A stretch of DNA of 64,000 nucleotides from Verrucomicrobiales bacterium (GTDB taxonomy: Bacteria; Verrucomicrobiota; Verrucomicrobiia; Verrucomicrobiales; V1-33): the NCBI GenBank assembly GCA_031411295.1, contig JANOAV010000124.1, positions 22,552-86,551 on the forward strand, read 5' to 3'. A program made the position numbers and the translations under genes. This document shows, one piece after another, positions 10,184 to 20,304 of the stretch (position 1 is its first letter; every line of letters begins with the position of its first letter). Under the pieces are notes generated by a model. It searched no databases and was not told the DNA's origin. It saw only the letters and a list, made by a program, of their open reading frames with translations.

Positions 10184-10308
10184 GTAGGGGGGAGCGGCCT
10201 CACTCCCCTCTCTGTAAAGGGAGCGCCCCCGCTCCCAAGAGGCAGCGGCGGGGCAGCCGGGGACGAGGGCGTCCCTGAAACTATTGGGAGCGAGGGCACT
10301 CCCTCTAC
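10184..10308. repeat. cluster of four REP-like palindromes (two forward, two reverse)
   Basis: units approximating GTARAGGGAGYGCCCYCGCTCCC at ~10184 and ~10214 (+) and ~10260 and ~10286 (-). Confidence 0.65.
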
Positions 10309-10443
10309 GCTAGGTGTTATAAAACATACCCTAACCACAACTGCGATTAATTCCTTGGCAACGAGGGAAGCTGGCGCTATGCTTCTAGGGGCGATGTTTT
10401 GAATGTATATCTCCCTGTCAGTGCGCGCCCCCAATCGAAAACC

Positions 10444-12978
10444 ATGACTAACTCACCTGCCCTGGCTGACACGCGAGAACCCGATGGGGATACCCCTAGG
10501 ATCAGGGAGTTGCAGGCTCGCATCCGTGAACTGGAATCGGCTATGGCCGCAGGCCAGGAAATGGCCTTGGCCTTGTCTCTAAGCGAGGAACGCTATGCGT
10601 TGGCCGTGAGGGGAAGCAATGATGGTATCTGGGATTGGGATATCCCGAGCAACAACGTGGCGTTCTCCCCGCGGTTCAAAGAATTGCTTGGTTACGAGCC
10701 TGATGAGTTCGCAGATCGGTTTGATGCGTTTTCCACGCGGCTGCACCCGGAGGACTTCGACGCCACCATGGCGGCGGTAAAAGCGCACCTGGAGCAGGGG
10801 TATCCTTATGATGTGGAATACCGGTTGCGCCACCGGGATGGTGACTTCCGCTGGTTCAGGGCCCGGGGTCTGGCAATCCGTGATAAGGAGGGAAAGGCTT
10901 TGCGGATGGCGGGATCCATCACGGATGTGACCGAAGGCAAGGCGGCGGCGGAAAAGATCAAAGCGATCTCCGACCGGCTCGTGGTGGCAACCCAGGCGGG
11001 GGCCATTGGGATTTGGGATTTCGATGTGATCAACAACGGACTGATCTGGGATGAGCGGATGTATCAGATGTATGGAATTAGCGCAGATGCTTTTTCCGGG
11101 GCCTATGAGGCATGGGAGTCGGGGCTGCACCCTGCGGACCTGCCGCAGGAACGGGAGAAAATTCAAAGGGCTCTGCGTGGTGAGGGGGAGTTCAACACAG
11201 AGTTCCGTGTGGTCTGGCCGGACAGCTCGGTGCATTTTATCAAGGCAAACGCTATCGTGCAACGCGACGCCACGGGCCAGCCAGTCCGCATGATCGGCAC
11301 GAACTGGGACATCACGGAACGAAAGCTAGCCGAAGATGAACTTCGGCAGGCCAAGCAAAATGCGGAATCGGCGGCTCGGGCCAAGAGTGAGTTTCTGGCG
11401 AACATGAGCCATGAGATTCGCACTCCCATGAATGGCATTATGGGGATGACCGAACTGCTGCTGGATTCGGAACTGAATCCTACGCAGCGGGAGTTTTTGA
11501 TGATTGTGAAAAATTCCTCAGAATCACTGCTGGGTGTTATCAATGATATTTTGGATTTTTCAAAGATTGAAGCAGGAAGACTGGCACTGGACCGCTATCC
11601 ATTTCATTTGCGAGACGGGGTGGGAGATACGCTGCACTCGCTCTCGGTGCGCGCCACGGAGAAGGGGGTCGAATTGGCCTACAGAATAGACCCGTTGGTT
11701 CCGGACTATCTGGCAGGGGACTTCAAGCGGCTTCAGCAGGTGTTGGTGAATCTGGTCGGAAATGCCATCAAGTTTACGAAGAATGGGGAGGTGGTAGTGT
11801 CCGTCGGAATAGAGTCCCGGACGGTGGATGGGGTTTCGTTGCATTTCCAAGTGAAGGACACCGGCATTGGAATTCCCGTGGAGAAACTCAGTGTGATCTT
11901 TGACTCCTTCACCCAAGCAGAATCCTCTACGTCCCGCCGGTTCGGGGGCACCGGACTGGGTCTGGCCATTGCCCGGCAGTTGATCGCCCTGATGAAAGGC
12001 AGGCTGTGGGTGGAGAGCAAGCCGGACGTGGGCAGCACCTTTCATTTTACCGTGCTCTTGGGACTCGAGACGATCCCGGATGCCATGAAACACTCCATCC
12101 CCGACGGCCTGGCAGGGTTACGCGTGCTGGTCGTGGATGACCACCTTACCAACCGCACGATTCTCGAGGAAATGCTTTTGAGTTGGGAGATGTCACCGAC
12201 CATGGCGGAGAGCGGAGCAGAGGCTCTGCGGTTGATTTCTGGTGATTCGGAGCCCCATCAGTTTGATTTGATCGTGCTGGATTATATGATGCCGGACATG
12301 GATGGCGTGCGGACGGCGGAAGCGATCCAACGCGGTCTTGGTGCTAAGACGCCTCCCATCATTCTCCTTTCCTCCGCAGGTGCCTTCCATGAGCCAGAGA
12401 GCCGCCTGCATGAGATCGGAATCACGCGTCGGATCACCAAACCAGCGAAGTCCTCTGATCTGCTTGACGCAATCACTCAAATCATGGGAAGCGCCAGCCG
12501 CGACACCAAAGCCGTTGCTGTGAGCATCTCGAAAAGACCGCCAGAGGTTCCAAGGATGCGAGTTCTGCTTGCGGAGGACGGTCGCGTCAACCAAATGGTG
12601 GCGACGAACCTGCTGGAAAATCGAGGCCATCAGGTGACCCTAGCTGAAAATGGCAAGTTGGCGTTCGCATTGGTGCAGGAGCAGAAATTTGATGTGGTGC
12701 TGATGGATGTGCAAATGCCGGAAATGAATGGCTATGAGGCCACCTCGGCCATCAGGAAATGGGAGGCCGCTCACGGCGGTCATTTACCCATCATCGCCAT
12801 GACGGCAAATGCCATGCGGGGTGACCGGGAACAATGTCTGGCCGCCGGGATGGACGACTACATCGCCAAGCCGGTCAGATCCGCTGAATTATTTTCCGCC
12901 CTGGAGAAGTTCGCCAGCGTTCCGGGAGAGGATCAGGAAACTGCGGGCGGAGATGTGGCGGAAGCATCAGACGTGTGA
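10444..12978 (+). CDS. soluble hybrid histidine kinase (PAS-PAS-HisKA-HATPase-REC-REC)
   Basis: two PAS/PAC units (GIWDW, LHPED), FLANMSHEIRTP, NLVGNAIKFT, DTGIG, GGTGLGL, two receivers (LDYMMP, MDVQMP); no transmembrane segment. Confidence 0.93.
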   Translation: MTNSPALADTREPDGDTPRIRELQARIRELESAMAAGQEMALALSLSEERYALAVRGSNDGIWDWDIPSNNVAFSPRFKELLGYEPDEFADRFDAFSTRLHPEDFDATMAAVKAHLEQGYPYDVEYRLRHRDGDFRWFRARGLAIRDKEGKALRMAGSITDVTEGKAAAEKIKAISDRLVVATQAGAIGIWDFDVINNGLIWDERMYQMYGISADAFSGAYEAWESGLHPADLPQEREKIQRALRGEGEFNTEFRVVWPDSSVHFIKANAIVQRDATGQPVRMIGTNWDITERKLAEDELRQAKQNAESAARAKSEFLANMSHEIRTPMNGIMGMTELLLDSELNPTQREFLMIVKNSSESLLGVINDILDFSKIEAGRLALDRYPFHLRDGVGDTLHSLSVRATEKGVELAYRIDPLVPDYLAGDFKRLQQVLVNLVGNAIKFTKNGEVVVSVGIESRTVDGVSLHFQVKDTGIGIPVEKLSVIFDSFTQAESSTSRRFGGTGLGLAIARQLIALMKGRLWVESKPDVGSTFHFTVLLGLETIPDAMKHSIPDGLAGLRVLVVDDHLTNRTILEEMLLSWEMSPTMAESGAEALRLISGDSEPHQFDLIVLDYMMPDMDGVRTAEAIQRGLGAKTPPIILLSSAGAFHEPESRLHEIGITRRITKPAKSSDLLDAITQIMGSASRDTKAVAVSISKRPPEVPRMRVLLAEDGRVNQMVATNLLENRGHQVTLAENGKLAFALVQEQKFDVVLMDVQMPEMNGYEATSAIRKWEAAHGGHLPIIAMTANAMRGDREQCLAAGMDDYIAKPVRSAELFSALEKFASVPGEDQETAGGDVAEASDV

Positions 12979-12995
12979 TCCCTAACAATGTAGTA

Positions 12996-14321
12996 TTAAA
13001 GATATTCCACCATGCCATCATGCCCGTGGACCACCTGGGTGGGGCATCCGATATCCTGCAAGATCTGTCTGGTAAGCGTTAGCTTGTTGTCAAGATAGGC
13101 GTCGTCATGGGCTGGGTCGTGATGAATCACCGTCCATTGCTTGACTCCGGTCAACTTGGCCAGCACGCAGGCATTCGCGAGGTTGGAGTGGCCCCAGCCA
13201 ATCTTTCTGCTATATTCATCAGACAGATACTGCGCCTCGTGCAACAACAGGTCGGCTCCACTGATGAACTCGACGACTGGTTCTTGGGGGATGACAATCT
13301 CGCTGTTCCGTGAAATTCGTTGGGGTGAACCAAGATATCCGTGAAGAAATTCGTTGTCCGGCGCATAAACAATCGTGCGGCCATGGTGCTCGATCTTGAA
13401 GGCGACGGTGGCCCCTGGGTGATGGGTGAATTCGTGCGTGACCTTGATGTCGCCAATCACGACCGGATCGTCATCGAGGAAACGAAAATTGACCTTGGCT
13501 GCAAGCTTAGACCGTTGAATGGGGAAATAATCCCGATCGAGTTGCCCGCTGAGGAGCGATTCATGATTCTTTCCAAACCCCCGTTCCCCATAGATTGTAA
13601 TTTCAAAATTAGGAAGGTAGATCGGGGTGAAGAAAGGAAAACCCTGAATGTGATCCCAGTGAGTGTGGGTGATAAACAGATGCAGATGCCGTGGACCATG
13701 GGCCGCTAGCGCATCCCCAGCGTCCTTGATCCCGGAACCGGCATCGAAGATGAGGTGATCATTACCGCAGGCGTATTCCATGCAGGAGGTATTGCCACCA
13801 TGACGCAGGAAACGCGCCCCGGACACCGGGATGGACCCGCGGGTGCCCCAGAGGATAATGCGGGAGCGATTCACGTCCACCTTAGGGGCAAATATTGCCG
13901 TGGGTGCAGTAGGAAGATGGCTCAAGGGCGCTTTGGCAATTTCCCGGTTGAAGCAACGATCCACCGTTTCTGCCAGCGCATGTTGATCGAACGGCTTAAT
14001 GATAACTCCGACCACCCCCAGTTCATGGACCTGCTCCATGTCCGCGCTGAAATCATTTGCAGTGCAGACAATGACCGCGAGATCTTGCGTGGCCGGATCC
14101 TCGCGCAACCGTTTCAGCACTTCGATACCATTGAGCCGAGGCATCATGAGATCCAGAATGAGCAGGTCCGGCCTTTGCACGCCGATCCGCTCCAGGCATT
14201 CCTCTCCATCCCGGGCGATCTCCACCTCGTAGCCCCGCCCTTGCAGCACATGCGAGATGCGCATGGAAATGGCGCGAACGTCTTCCGCAACGAGGATCCG
14301 GGGATGGAGTAAACCTGCCAT
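12996..14321 (-). CDS. response regulator: receiver fused to a metallo-beta-lactamase-fold hydrolase
   Basis: REC (VAED, LDLMMP, KPF); WGTRGSIP, GGNTSC, DAGSG, THTHWDHIQG, WGHS, HHDP. Confidence 0.9.
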   Translation of the reverse strand: MAGLLHPRILVAEDVRAISMRISHVLQGRGYEVEIARDGEECLERIGVQRPDLLILDLMMPRLNGIEVLKRLREDPATQDLAVIVCTANDFSADMEQVHELGVVGVIIKPFDQHALAETVDRCFNREIAKAPLSHLPTAPTAIFAPKVDVNRSRIILWGTRGSIPVSGARFLRHGGNTSCMEYACGNDHLIFDAGSGIKDAGDALAAHGPRHLHLFITHTHWDHIQGFPFFTPIYLPNFEITIYGERGFGKNHESLLSGQLDRDYFPIQRSKLAAKVNFRFLDDDPVVIGDIKVTHEFTHHPGATVAFKIEHHGRTIVYAPDNEFLHGYLGSPQRISRNSEIVIPQEPVVEFISGADLLLHEAQYLSDEYSRKIGWGHSNLANACVLAKLTGVKQWTVIHHDPAHDDAYLDNKLTLTRQILQDIGCPTQVVHGHDGMVEYL

Positions 14322-14332
14322 GTTAGCGGTGG

Positions 14333-14749
14333 TTAAAGCCGTTTGAGGAAATGCTGGAGTGCCAAACTGAGCAGGGAAAATTCCTCGACTGTCCGTGGCA
14401 GCAATTCAGCAGCCCGGTCAAGGTTTTCTGAACGGGCGCTCTCAGTGAGGAGGGAGACCGCCGCCAGGGCGGGTGCTGCGGAATAATTGCCCACCATTCC
14501 CTTGAGTGCATGCGCGGCCCGGTGCAGCGAGCTTGCATCCTGCTGAGCCAGCGCTCGACAAGCCTCGGACAGCAGCGTCTGGGAATCCTCCATGAAGACG
14601 CCCACTAACTCCCGCATCAAGGACACATCCTCCATCTCAGCCCTGAATTGATCCTCGTCGAAAGGGATGGCGCGCCTTTGGGTAATAAGATCAAATGGCG
14701 GGGGGCCCTGCTTTTTGTGGGACAGCAAATCTGTTTCTAAGTGGGACAT
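14333..14749 (-). CDS. stand-alone Hpt (histidine phosphotransfer) protein
   Basis: helical; LHRAAHALKGMVGNYSA Hpt motif; start uncertain. Confidence 0.85.
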   Translation of the reverse strand: MSHLETDLLSHKKQGPPPFDLITQRRAIPFDEDQFRAEMEDVSLMRELVGVFMEDSQTLLSEACRALAQQDASSLHRAAHALKGMVGNYSAAPALAAVSLLTESARSENLDRAAELLPRTVEEFSLLSLALQHFLKRL

Positions 14750-15000
14750 ATTGAAGAATGGGAAAAGCCACTGAGCAAACATACTCCCTGAAACTGTCTC
14801 TGCGAGCAGTATTTTACTTGGGCAACACGAGTGGACAGGGCGGACCGGGTGGATTTTTTCAAGGGGTAAGTTTTGGATTGTCAACAGATCGTCTGGTGGT
14901 GATGCGCAGCAGTCGGTTTGGCCTGCTGGCCTCCATTTCAAGCGGCAGGGAACCTTCGGCAGGGCACTTCCGGCTGAGTTTGGGGTGACGGCCCAGGCTG

Positions 15001-18000
15001 CTATTGTTTTTGCAGGACGACGGTGGAGGCGGAGTTGCGAGTAACGACGATGTCCTGTTTGCCATCGCCATTGATGTCCTGCACGGCCACGGCTTTCATA
15101 TCACCCAGGATGTTGATGCCACTGGCGAGGGGAGCCATCGGCACCATGCCGCCCTGGCCATCATTTTTGAGCAACATGCCCACGCCGTTGTCGTAGCGGG
15201 AAGTTTCGATTTGTGGTCCGTAGAGCCAGTTTTGGGCCAGGAAGAGATCCACCTTGCCATCACTTGTGAAGTCGGCCGCGGCAATGCCGAAGACCACGGC
15301 ATTTTGAGCTTCCCGCATGAAGGGAGCCCAGGTGAACTTGCCTTTGCCGTCATTCATCCAAGCTCCGTGGCGGAATTCATTGGCTTCGTATTTTTCCGCG
15401 GACTTGAGTTTATCGTCGGTGTAAACTTCCGTCAGGCTGGCGACAGCGAATCCTTTGAACGTATCAAATTTCTTCTTAATGAACGGCATGGCCGTGCTGG
15501 AGCAACTACGGCCACGTTCGGGATAGAGAAACTCACCGTGATCGTTTTTCTCGCGCTTCACTTCGACCACGTTCCACGTCTGCGAATCATCGAACACGCC
15601 GTAATAGGTCAGTTGCGGGTGCTCGGCATCGGGCGTCTTGTATTTCGTGTTCAGGCCGATGTTACTGGCCACCAGATCCATTTTCCCATCGCCATTGAGA
15701 TCTGCTGGCACCACGGCGTGCCACCAACCCACCACCGCTGAGAGGCCGGCGGCCTTGGTGCCATCTTGCAGCGAACCCTTGTCATTGATAAACAATTTGA
15801 TGGGCCCCCACTCGCAAGCCAAGGCCAAGTCCATCCAGCCATCGCCATTCACATCCACCGCCGTGGCTCCGCTGACGAGGCCGACCTTGGCTAGCCCATC
15901 GGACTTATCAGTGATATCTTCAAACTTCACGGTCCCCTTGGCGGAAACATTGCGAAGCAGTCGGCTGCGATCGCTGTGCGGCCAGTCTTGGGCTTTGCAG
16001 CGTGCGCCGATGAATAAGTCCACTTTGCCATCCTTATCGAAATCTTCCGCCACCACGGCACCTGCGAAGACGTTGATGACAGGGAAACCAGTGGCGGTGG
16101 TGAAACTCCCTTTGCCATCATTGAGGTAAAGGCGCGCGCGCTGCTCCTTGGCATCTGCGGGGAATTCATTCGTGCCACTAACGACACACAGGTCGAGGTC
16201 CTTGTCGCCATCGACATCGAAGAACACTGCGCCACTGTCTTCGCAATCCTTGTCGGCCCGGAATGGTTCATTCCATTTGGCCACAAAGCCGCCTTTGCCA
16301 TCGGCCAGACGGAGTTGGGGCAATTCGCCAGCGCTGCCGCCGAAATACACGTCCGCTTTGCCATCGCCATTCACATCGCCCCAAGCCATGCAGGGGCCCA
16401 GTTGACTGTAGCTGTGAGGCAGGAGCACGTGGCGTTGGAAGTCCGCTTCCCAGCCGGTGTCCTTAACTTTCAGCATGGCCAGCGCCTGGCTTTCTTTGAA
16501 GAGCGGAGCAGGCACGGGCACATCGGGCGTGCGGGGGTCCAGCTTGGCGGGGCGGTCCACTGTCAGTCGTTGGTCAGCCTTCACATTCGTCAGCACGTGC
16601 TCGCCACCGTCTTTGCCGGGCCAGCGGATTTTTAGTTCGGCAACTTCCGTTTCCGCGCCCAAGCCAAAGTGAGCCACGGGTTCATTGTAGGAATGGTATC
16701 CTGTCTGGGGGCTCAGGTAACGCAACTGCTGGCCAGCCTTGGTCTTCACCACGATTTCCGCCCCGATGGCATGCGGGTTGCCTCGGCTGCCTTTAAGCTC
16801 CACCACCAGTGAATGGCCGCCCTTGAGATCGTTGCGCCAGATGGCATTGGGTTCTTCCAAATTGACCGTCACCAAATCCAAATCGCCATCGCCATCCAAG
16901 TCTGCATAAGCCGCGCCATAACTCACGCCGACGTGACCGAGGCCCCAGGCATCGCTGATCTCTTCGAACTTGGCGTGACCGGAATTGCGGAAGACGCGGT
17001 TCTTTTCTTTGCGCATTTCGCCATTTTTCCAGAACTCGAACATGTGTTTTCCCAGCAGTTCTTCGGGTTCGATCTTGATGTCGCTATCATTCATGTGCCG
17101 GCTGATGCCATTGGTGAAATAGACATCCTGCCAGCCATCGTTATCGAAATCCGCAAATTTCACGGCCCATGTCCAATCCGTGCTGGAGACTCCATAGAGC
17201 CGTGCGCCCTCGCTGAAGCGCTCCGTGCCGGTGCCAATGAGCAGGGTGTTCTGCATCTGCTGCTGGGGCGTGGAGTGATAGACTCGCTTGTTATCAAGCC
17301 CGCCCATGACGCCCATCGTAGTCTTGCTCTTGAAATGACTGGTGGCACTCATGTCCGCTACCAGCAGATCCGGCCAGAGATCGTTATTCACATCGCCTTG
17401 GTCGCAACCCATGCTGAACCAAGGCGTGTGGGGCGCAGCGTCGGCAATGACATTGGTAAAGGTGCCGTCGCCATTGTTCTTGTAAAGTTTATCCGCACTG
17501 ATGAAATCGTTCCCGACATAGAGATCCGGCCAGCCATCGCGATTGTAATCCCACCACGTCACGCTGAGTCCATCGCCCCGTCCCTCGATCCCAGCGGACT
17601 TGGTAACGTCAGTAAATTTTACCTCGCCATTCTTGCTGTCATTGCGGAAGAGGAAATCTGGCGTGCCCGTGGCCTCAGCTCCCCAGTGATCAAAATCATA
17701 GCGCCACATGCTGTAATATTTTTGAAACTCCGCCTTCACCACGGGCACTCCTCCCGGTCCAGGTTCCGTGAGTTTCGACATGTCGTTCTGCGAACCGGCG
17801 GGATCCTCAATACGATTCGTTAGCACGTAGAGATCCAAATCGCCATCGCCATCATAGTCGGCAAACGCCGCGCTGTGGGAACAGTCGATCACGCCCAGGC
17901 CACAGGAGTCCGGCACCAACGTAAATTTGATCGCCCCATCCGAGCCGGTCGCGTTTAACCAGAGCTGATTCGGCTGCATGTAGCGGCAAATGTAGAGGTC

Positions 18001-18432
18001 GGTCTTGCCATCGCCATTGACGTCGCCCGCAGCCACACCAGCCACCCATTCCTCGTTGCCTCCGCCGGATTTCAGACCAGAGGATTTCGTGGCGTCCGTG
18101 TATTTGATCTCGCCCTTCTTGCCAGTGTTCTGGTAAACGCGGCTGGCCTCGCGTCCACCACCGAACACCAAGTCCGGCCAGCCATCACCATTCAAATCCT
18201 CCACCACCACGCCCCCACACGTCATGCCGCTGTGATAAAGATAGCTCAGGGGATGGTCCACATTCATGGTGTTCACCATATCCACGCCTGTTTCCGCAGG
18301 CCCTAGGCGGGCGAAACTACCAGTGGCTGCGGCAGGCGCAGCAGCCTCTGCAAAGACAGGACTAGCATGAAACGCCAAGCCGAGGATGCTGGCGAATGTG
18401 AGGAAGAAGGAGGGAGGATTTGGGGAAGTCAT
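15001..18432 (-). CDS. secreted FG-GAP/VCBS repeat protein with central ASPIC/UnbV domain (CRTAC1-like)
   Basis: many DxNGDGxxD repeats; GYHSYNEPVAHFGLG..IRWP ASPIC motif; signal peptide. Confidence 0.88.
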   Translation of the reverse strand: MTSPNPPSFFLTFASILGLAFHASPVFAEAAAPAAATGSFARLGPAETGVDMVNTMNVDHPLSYLYHSGMTCGGVVVEDLNGDGWPDLVFGGGREASRVYQNTGKKGEIKYTDATKSSGLKSGGGNEEWVAGVAAGDVNGDGKTDLYICRYMQPNQLWLNATGSDGAIKFTLVPDSCGLGVIDCSHSAAFADYDGDGDLDLYVLTNRIEDPAGSQNDMSKLTEPGPGGVPVVKAEFQKYYSMWRYDFDHWGAEATGTPDFLFRNDSKNGEVKFTDVTKSAGIEGRGDGLSVTWWDYNRDGWPDLYVGNDFISADKLYKNNGDGTFTNVIADAAPHTPWFSMGCDQGDVNNDLWPDLLVADMSATSHFKSKTTMGVMGGLDNKRVYHSTPQQQMQNTLLIGTGTERFSEGARLYGVSSTDWTWAVKFADFDNDGWQDVYFTNGISRHMNDSDIKIEPEELLGKHMFEFWKNGEMRKEKNRVFRNSGHAKFEEISDAWGLGHVGVSYGAAYADLDGDGDLDLVTVNLEEPNAIWRNDLKGGHSLVVELKGSRGNPHAIGAEIVVKTKAGQQLRYLSPQTGYHSYNEPVAHFGLGAETEVAELKIRWPGKDGGEHVLTNVKADQRLTVDRPAKLDPRTPDVPVPAPLFKESQALAMLKVKDTGWEADFQRHVLLPHSYSQLGPCMAWGDVNGDGKADVYFGGSAGELPQLRLADGKGGFVAKWNEPFRADKDCEDSGAVFFDVDGDKDLDLCVVSGTNEFPADAKEQRARLYLNDGKGSFTTATGFPVINVFAGAVVAEDFDKDGKVDLFIGARCKAQDWPHSDRSRLLRNVSAKGTVKFEDITDKSDGLAKVGLVSGATAVDVNGDGWMDLALACEWGPIKLFINDKGSLQDGTKAAGLSAVVGWWHAVVPADLNGDGKMDLVASNIGLNTKYKTPDAEHPQLTYYGVFDDSQTWNVVEVKREKNDHGEFLYPERGRSCSSTAMPFIKKKFDTFKGFAVASLTEVYTDDKLKSAEKYEANEFRHGAWMNDGKGKFTWAPFMREAQNAVVFGIAAADFTSDGKVDLFLAQNWLYGPQIETSRYDNGVGMLLKNDGQGGMVPMAPLASGINILGDMKAVAVQDINGDGKQDIVVTRNSASTVVLQKQ

Positions 18433-18463
18433 CGGAACTCGGATGAGGATTTGATTAATTGGC

Positions 18464-18493
18464 AGTTTGCCGTGAATTTGCCGCCAGAGTCAA
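18464..18493 (-). promoter_or_regulatory. putative sigma70 promoter of the FG-GAP gene
   Basis: TTGACT-18 nt-CAAACT on the minus strand, about 30 nt upstream of the ATG. Confidence 0.4.
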
Positions 18494-18646
18494 GCGGGAT
18501 ACGCAAGCTTACACGCGTGACACGCGTGACTGAAGGCGGATTTTTTGGGGTAAATACGCCCGACCATTTCGCCTTGTTTGAGGAAATTCAGGGCTAAATT
18601 TTCGTCAATATAAATCGCATCGCCATTATAATTTCCATAAAAAGTC

Positions 18647-18674
18647 TTGTAGTTCAGCTATCCGAGGATATACT
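18647..18674 (+). promoter_or_regulatory. putative sigma70 promoter
   Basis: TTGTAG-16 nt-TATACT in an AT-rich intergenic region upstream of 18707. Confidence 0.4.
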
Positions 18675-18706
18675 TACTTAAAGCTCAATCTTTAGCCACT
18701 AACGTC

Positions 18707-20020
18707 ATGCAAATTGATTCTCCGTCCGCGCAAACGCCCCGACCACGCTGGCCCCGGCGGATCATGCGTGTCCTTTTCTGTCGTCGTGTGAGACGAGTAT
18801 TGGCAATGCTGGCGTTAGTCTGGGGAATCGGATTGATGGTGGAACACTTCCGTGCGGAACGGGCCTGGGCTGCCGTGGAGGCAGACATGGCGGCTCGCGG
18901 ATTCTCCTGGGCGGAAATTGCGGTTCCAACACCTTTGGCGGATTCCGACAATGTGGCCATGCACCCTGTCTTCGCTCCAGCCTTAGCGGCACACTCGGGA
19001 CCAGTCACAGCCCAGAATCCGCTGCAATGGCACTTCGGTGAGCTTCAGAAAAAGTATGACGTGGCGCTGCCCACGCCCCCACCCCGCCCGGGCCGGCCGG
19101 AAGTTAGTTTGTCGGAATACATGACATTTCTGACTAGCACCTCCGTGGGCACAGGACATAATCCTGATGAACTAAAGTCTATGCTCCTAGCAGCTACAGG
19201 TTCGCTCAACGAATATGCAGATGGCATCAACGAAGCCAGTCAACGGCCGCACACCTGCTGGTGCCCCTACACTCTGGCTGCAGGCGAGCCTGACTTGGTG
19301 GTCCGACGTCCACTTGCCGCTGTTAGTAACGGTTTTGAATTCTGTGAGCACATAAATCGGTGGTTGTCGCTGCGTGCTCAGGTATTGCTGGAGCGCCAGC
19401 AAGTTGAAGCCGCACGGGCGTCTGTGCTGGCGATGGTGAATACGGGGAAACTTTTCCATCAACCCGAAGGCACAACAATCGTGACCGGACTGGTGGACAT
19501 GGCGTTCGAAGGCATCATGCAGAAATATTTAGAGGTGTGTCTGGCTCATCCAGGCTGGCGGGGCCAAGATCTGGGCATGATAGCAGCGGAGTTACGCAAG
19601 CTAGATCTACGGTCTGCGGCTCCGTCCCTGTTGCGTCGCCAAATGCTATTCAGAATGAAAGAGATCCTCCAACAAAAAGAACCGAGTTGGAGCGAGTTGC
19701 TGGTGTTGGCAGAGCACAGGCCCCCTGTCATCCCCAGATCCAACGCACCTTCGAGAAATTGGGAGCGCATCGGACGCATGTTCCCAGACAGTTGGTGCAA
19801 ACAAAATGCGGCTTCGCTCTATTGGGCCCAGACAAAAGCATACCTCAACCCCGGTGGCTCTGGCAGTGGGATTTTCCCGCCAGAACTACTGCACATTAAT
19901 CCATACAACATACTAGCCGCTCTGGCCACACAACCGCTGTGCAACCTTAGCGCTCAATCTGACCAACTCCAACAGCAACGGGAGCGGATGCAGCACTCAT
20001 GCGAAGTTGCTCAACGCTAA
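18707..20020 (+). CDS. hypothetical membrane-anchored helical protein, possibly C-terminally truncated
   Basis: Arg-rich N-terminus, one transmembrane helix, ERAW..ARG..P..DSDNVA pattern recalled from PVC hypothetical proteins. Confidence 0.6.
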   Translation: MQIDSPSAQTPRPRWPRRIMRVLFCRRVRRVLAMLALVWGIGLMVEHFRAERAWAAVEADMAARGFSWAEIAVPTPLADSDNVAMHPVFAPALAAHSGPVTAQNPLQWHFGELQKKYDVALPTPPPRPGRPEVSLSEYMTFLTSTSVGTGHNPDELKSMLLAATGSLNEYADGINEASQRPHTCWCPYTLAAGEPDLVVRRPLAAVSNGFEFCEHINRWLSLRAQVLLERQQVEAARASVLAMVNTGKLFHQPEGTTIVTGLVDMAFEGIMQKYLEVCLAHPGWRGQDLGMIAAELRKLDLRSAAPSLLRRQMLFRMKEILQQKEPSWSELLVLAEHRPPVIPRSNAPSRNWERIGRMFPDSWCKQNAASLYWAQTKAYLNPGGSGSGIFPPELLHINPYNILAALATQPLCNLSAQSDQLQQQRERMQHSCEVAQR

Positions 20021-20022
20021 CT

Positions 20023-20205
20023 TGCCCGGCCAGCGGATTCACGGATTTTTCCGCGCTTGGAAGCGAAATCGTCCTGTTAGGCATGCTCGCGATTTGTCGC
20101 ACTGGAACCCGATTAATGTGGGATTCTGCAGCCATGAAATTTACGAATGATGAACAGGCGAATGCGTTCCTAACGCCTCGGTATCGCGAAGGCTGGAAGA
20201 TGTAA
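20023..20205 (+). pseudogene. 3' remnant of a Gfo/Idh/MocA oxidoreductase gene
   Basis: SEIVLLGMLAICRTGTRLMWDSAAMKFTNDEQANAFLTPRYREGWKM matches the typical C-terminus of this family; no N-terminal Rossmann part. Confidence 0.75.
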
Positions 20206-20212
20206 GTGGATG

Positions 20213-20295
20213 GTGGAGGGCGAGGTGACGAGACCCACGCCACGCCAAGTAGAATCTGCTCTGCATGGTGCGGGTCTCCTAACGTCGCCCTCCAC
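20213..20295. repeat. 83-bp palindromic REPIN-like element, intergenic copy
   Basis: GTGGAGGGCGAGGTGACGAGACC...GGTCTCCTAACGTCGCCCTCCAC; reverse complement aligns without gaps to 42767-42849. Confidence 0.85.
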
Positions 20296-20304
20296 GAAAA
20301 TTCC

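Noticed and set aside
10184..10308. Possible mini-CRISPR array
   Set aside because: Units are degenerate, inverted relative to each other and irregularly spaced; no cas genes
10078..10434. Short ORFs on both strands between the Sel1 and kinase genes
   Set aside because: They translate the REP palindrome cluster and show no protein features
18511..18530. ACACGCGTG tandem palindromic duplication
   Set aside because: Only two short units and no further copies seen; cannot be distinguished from chance
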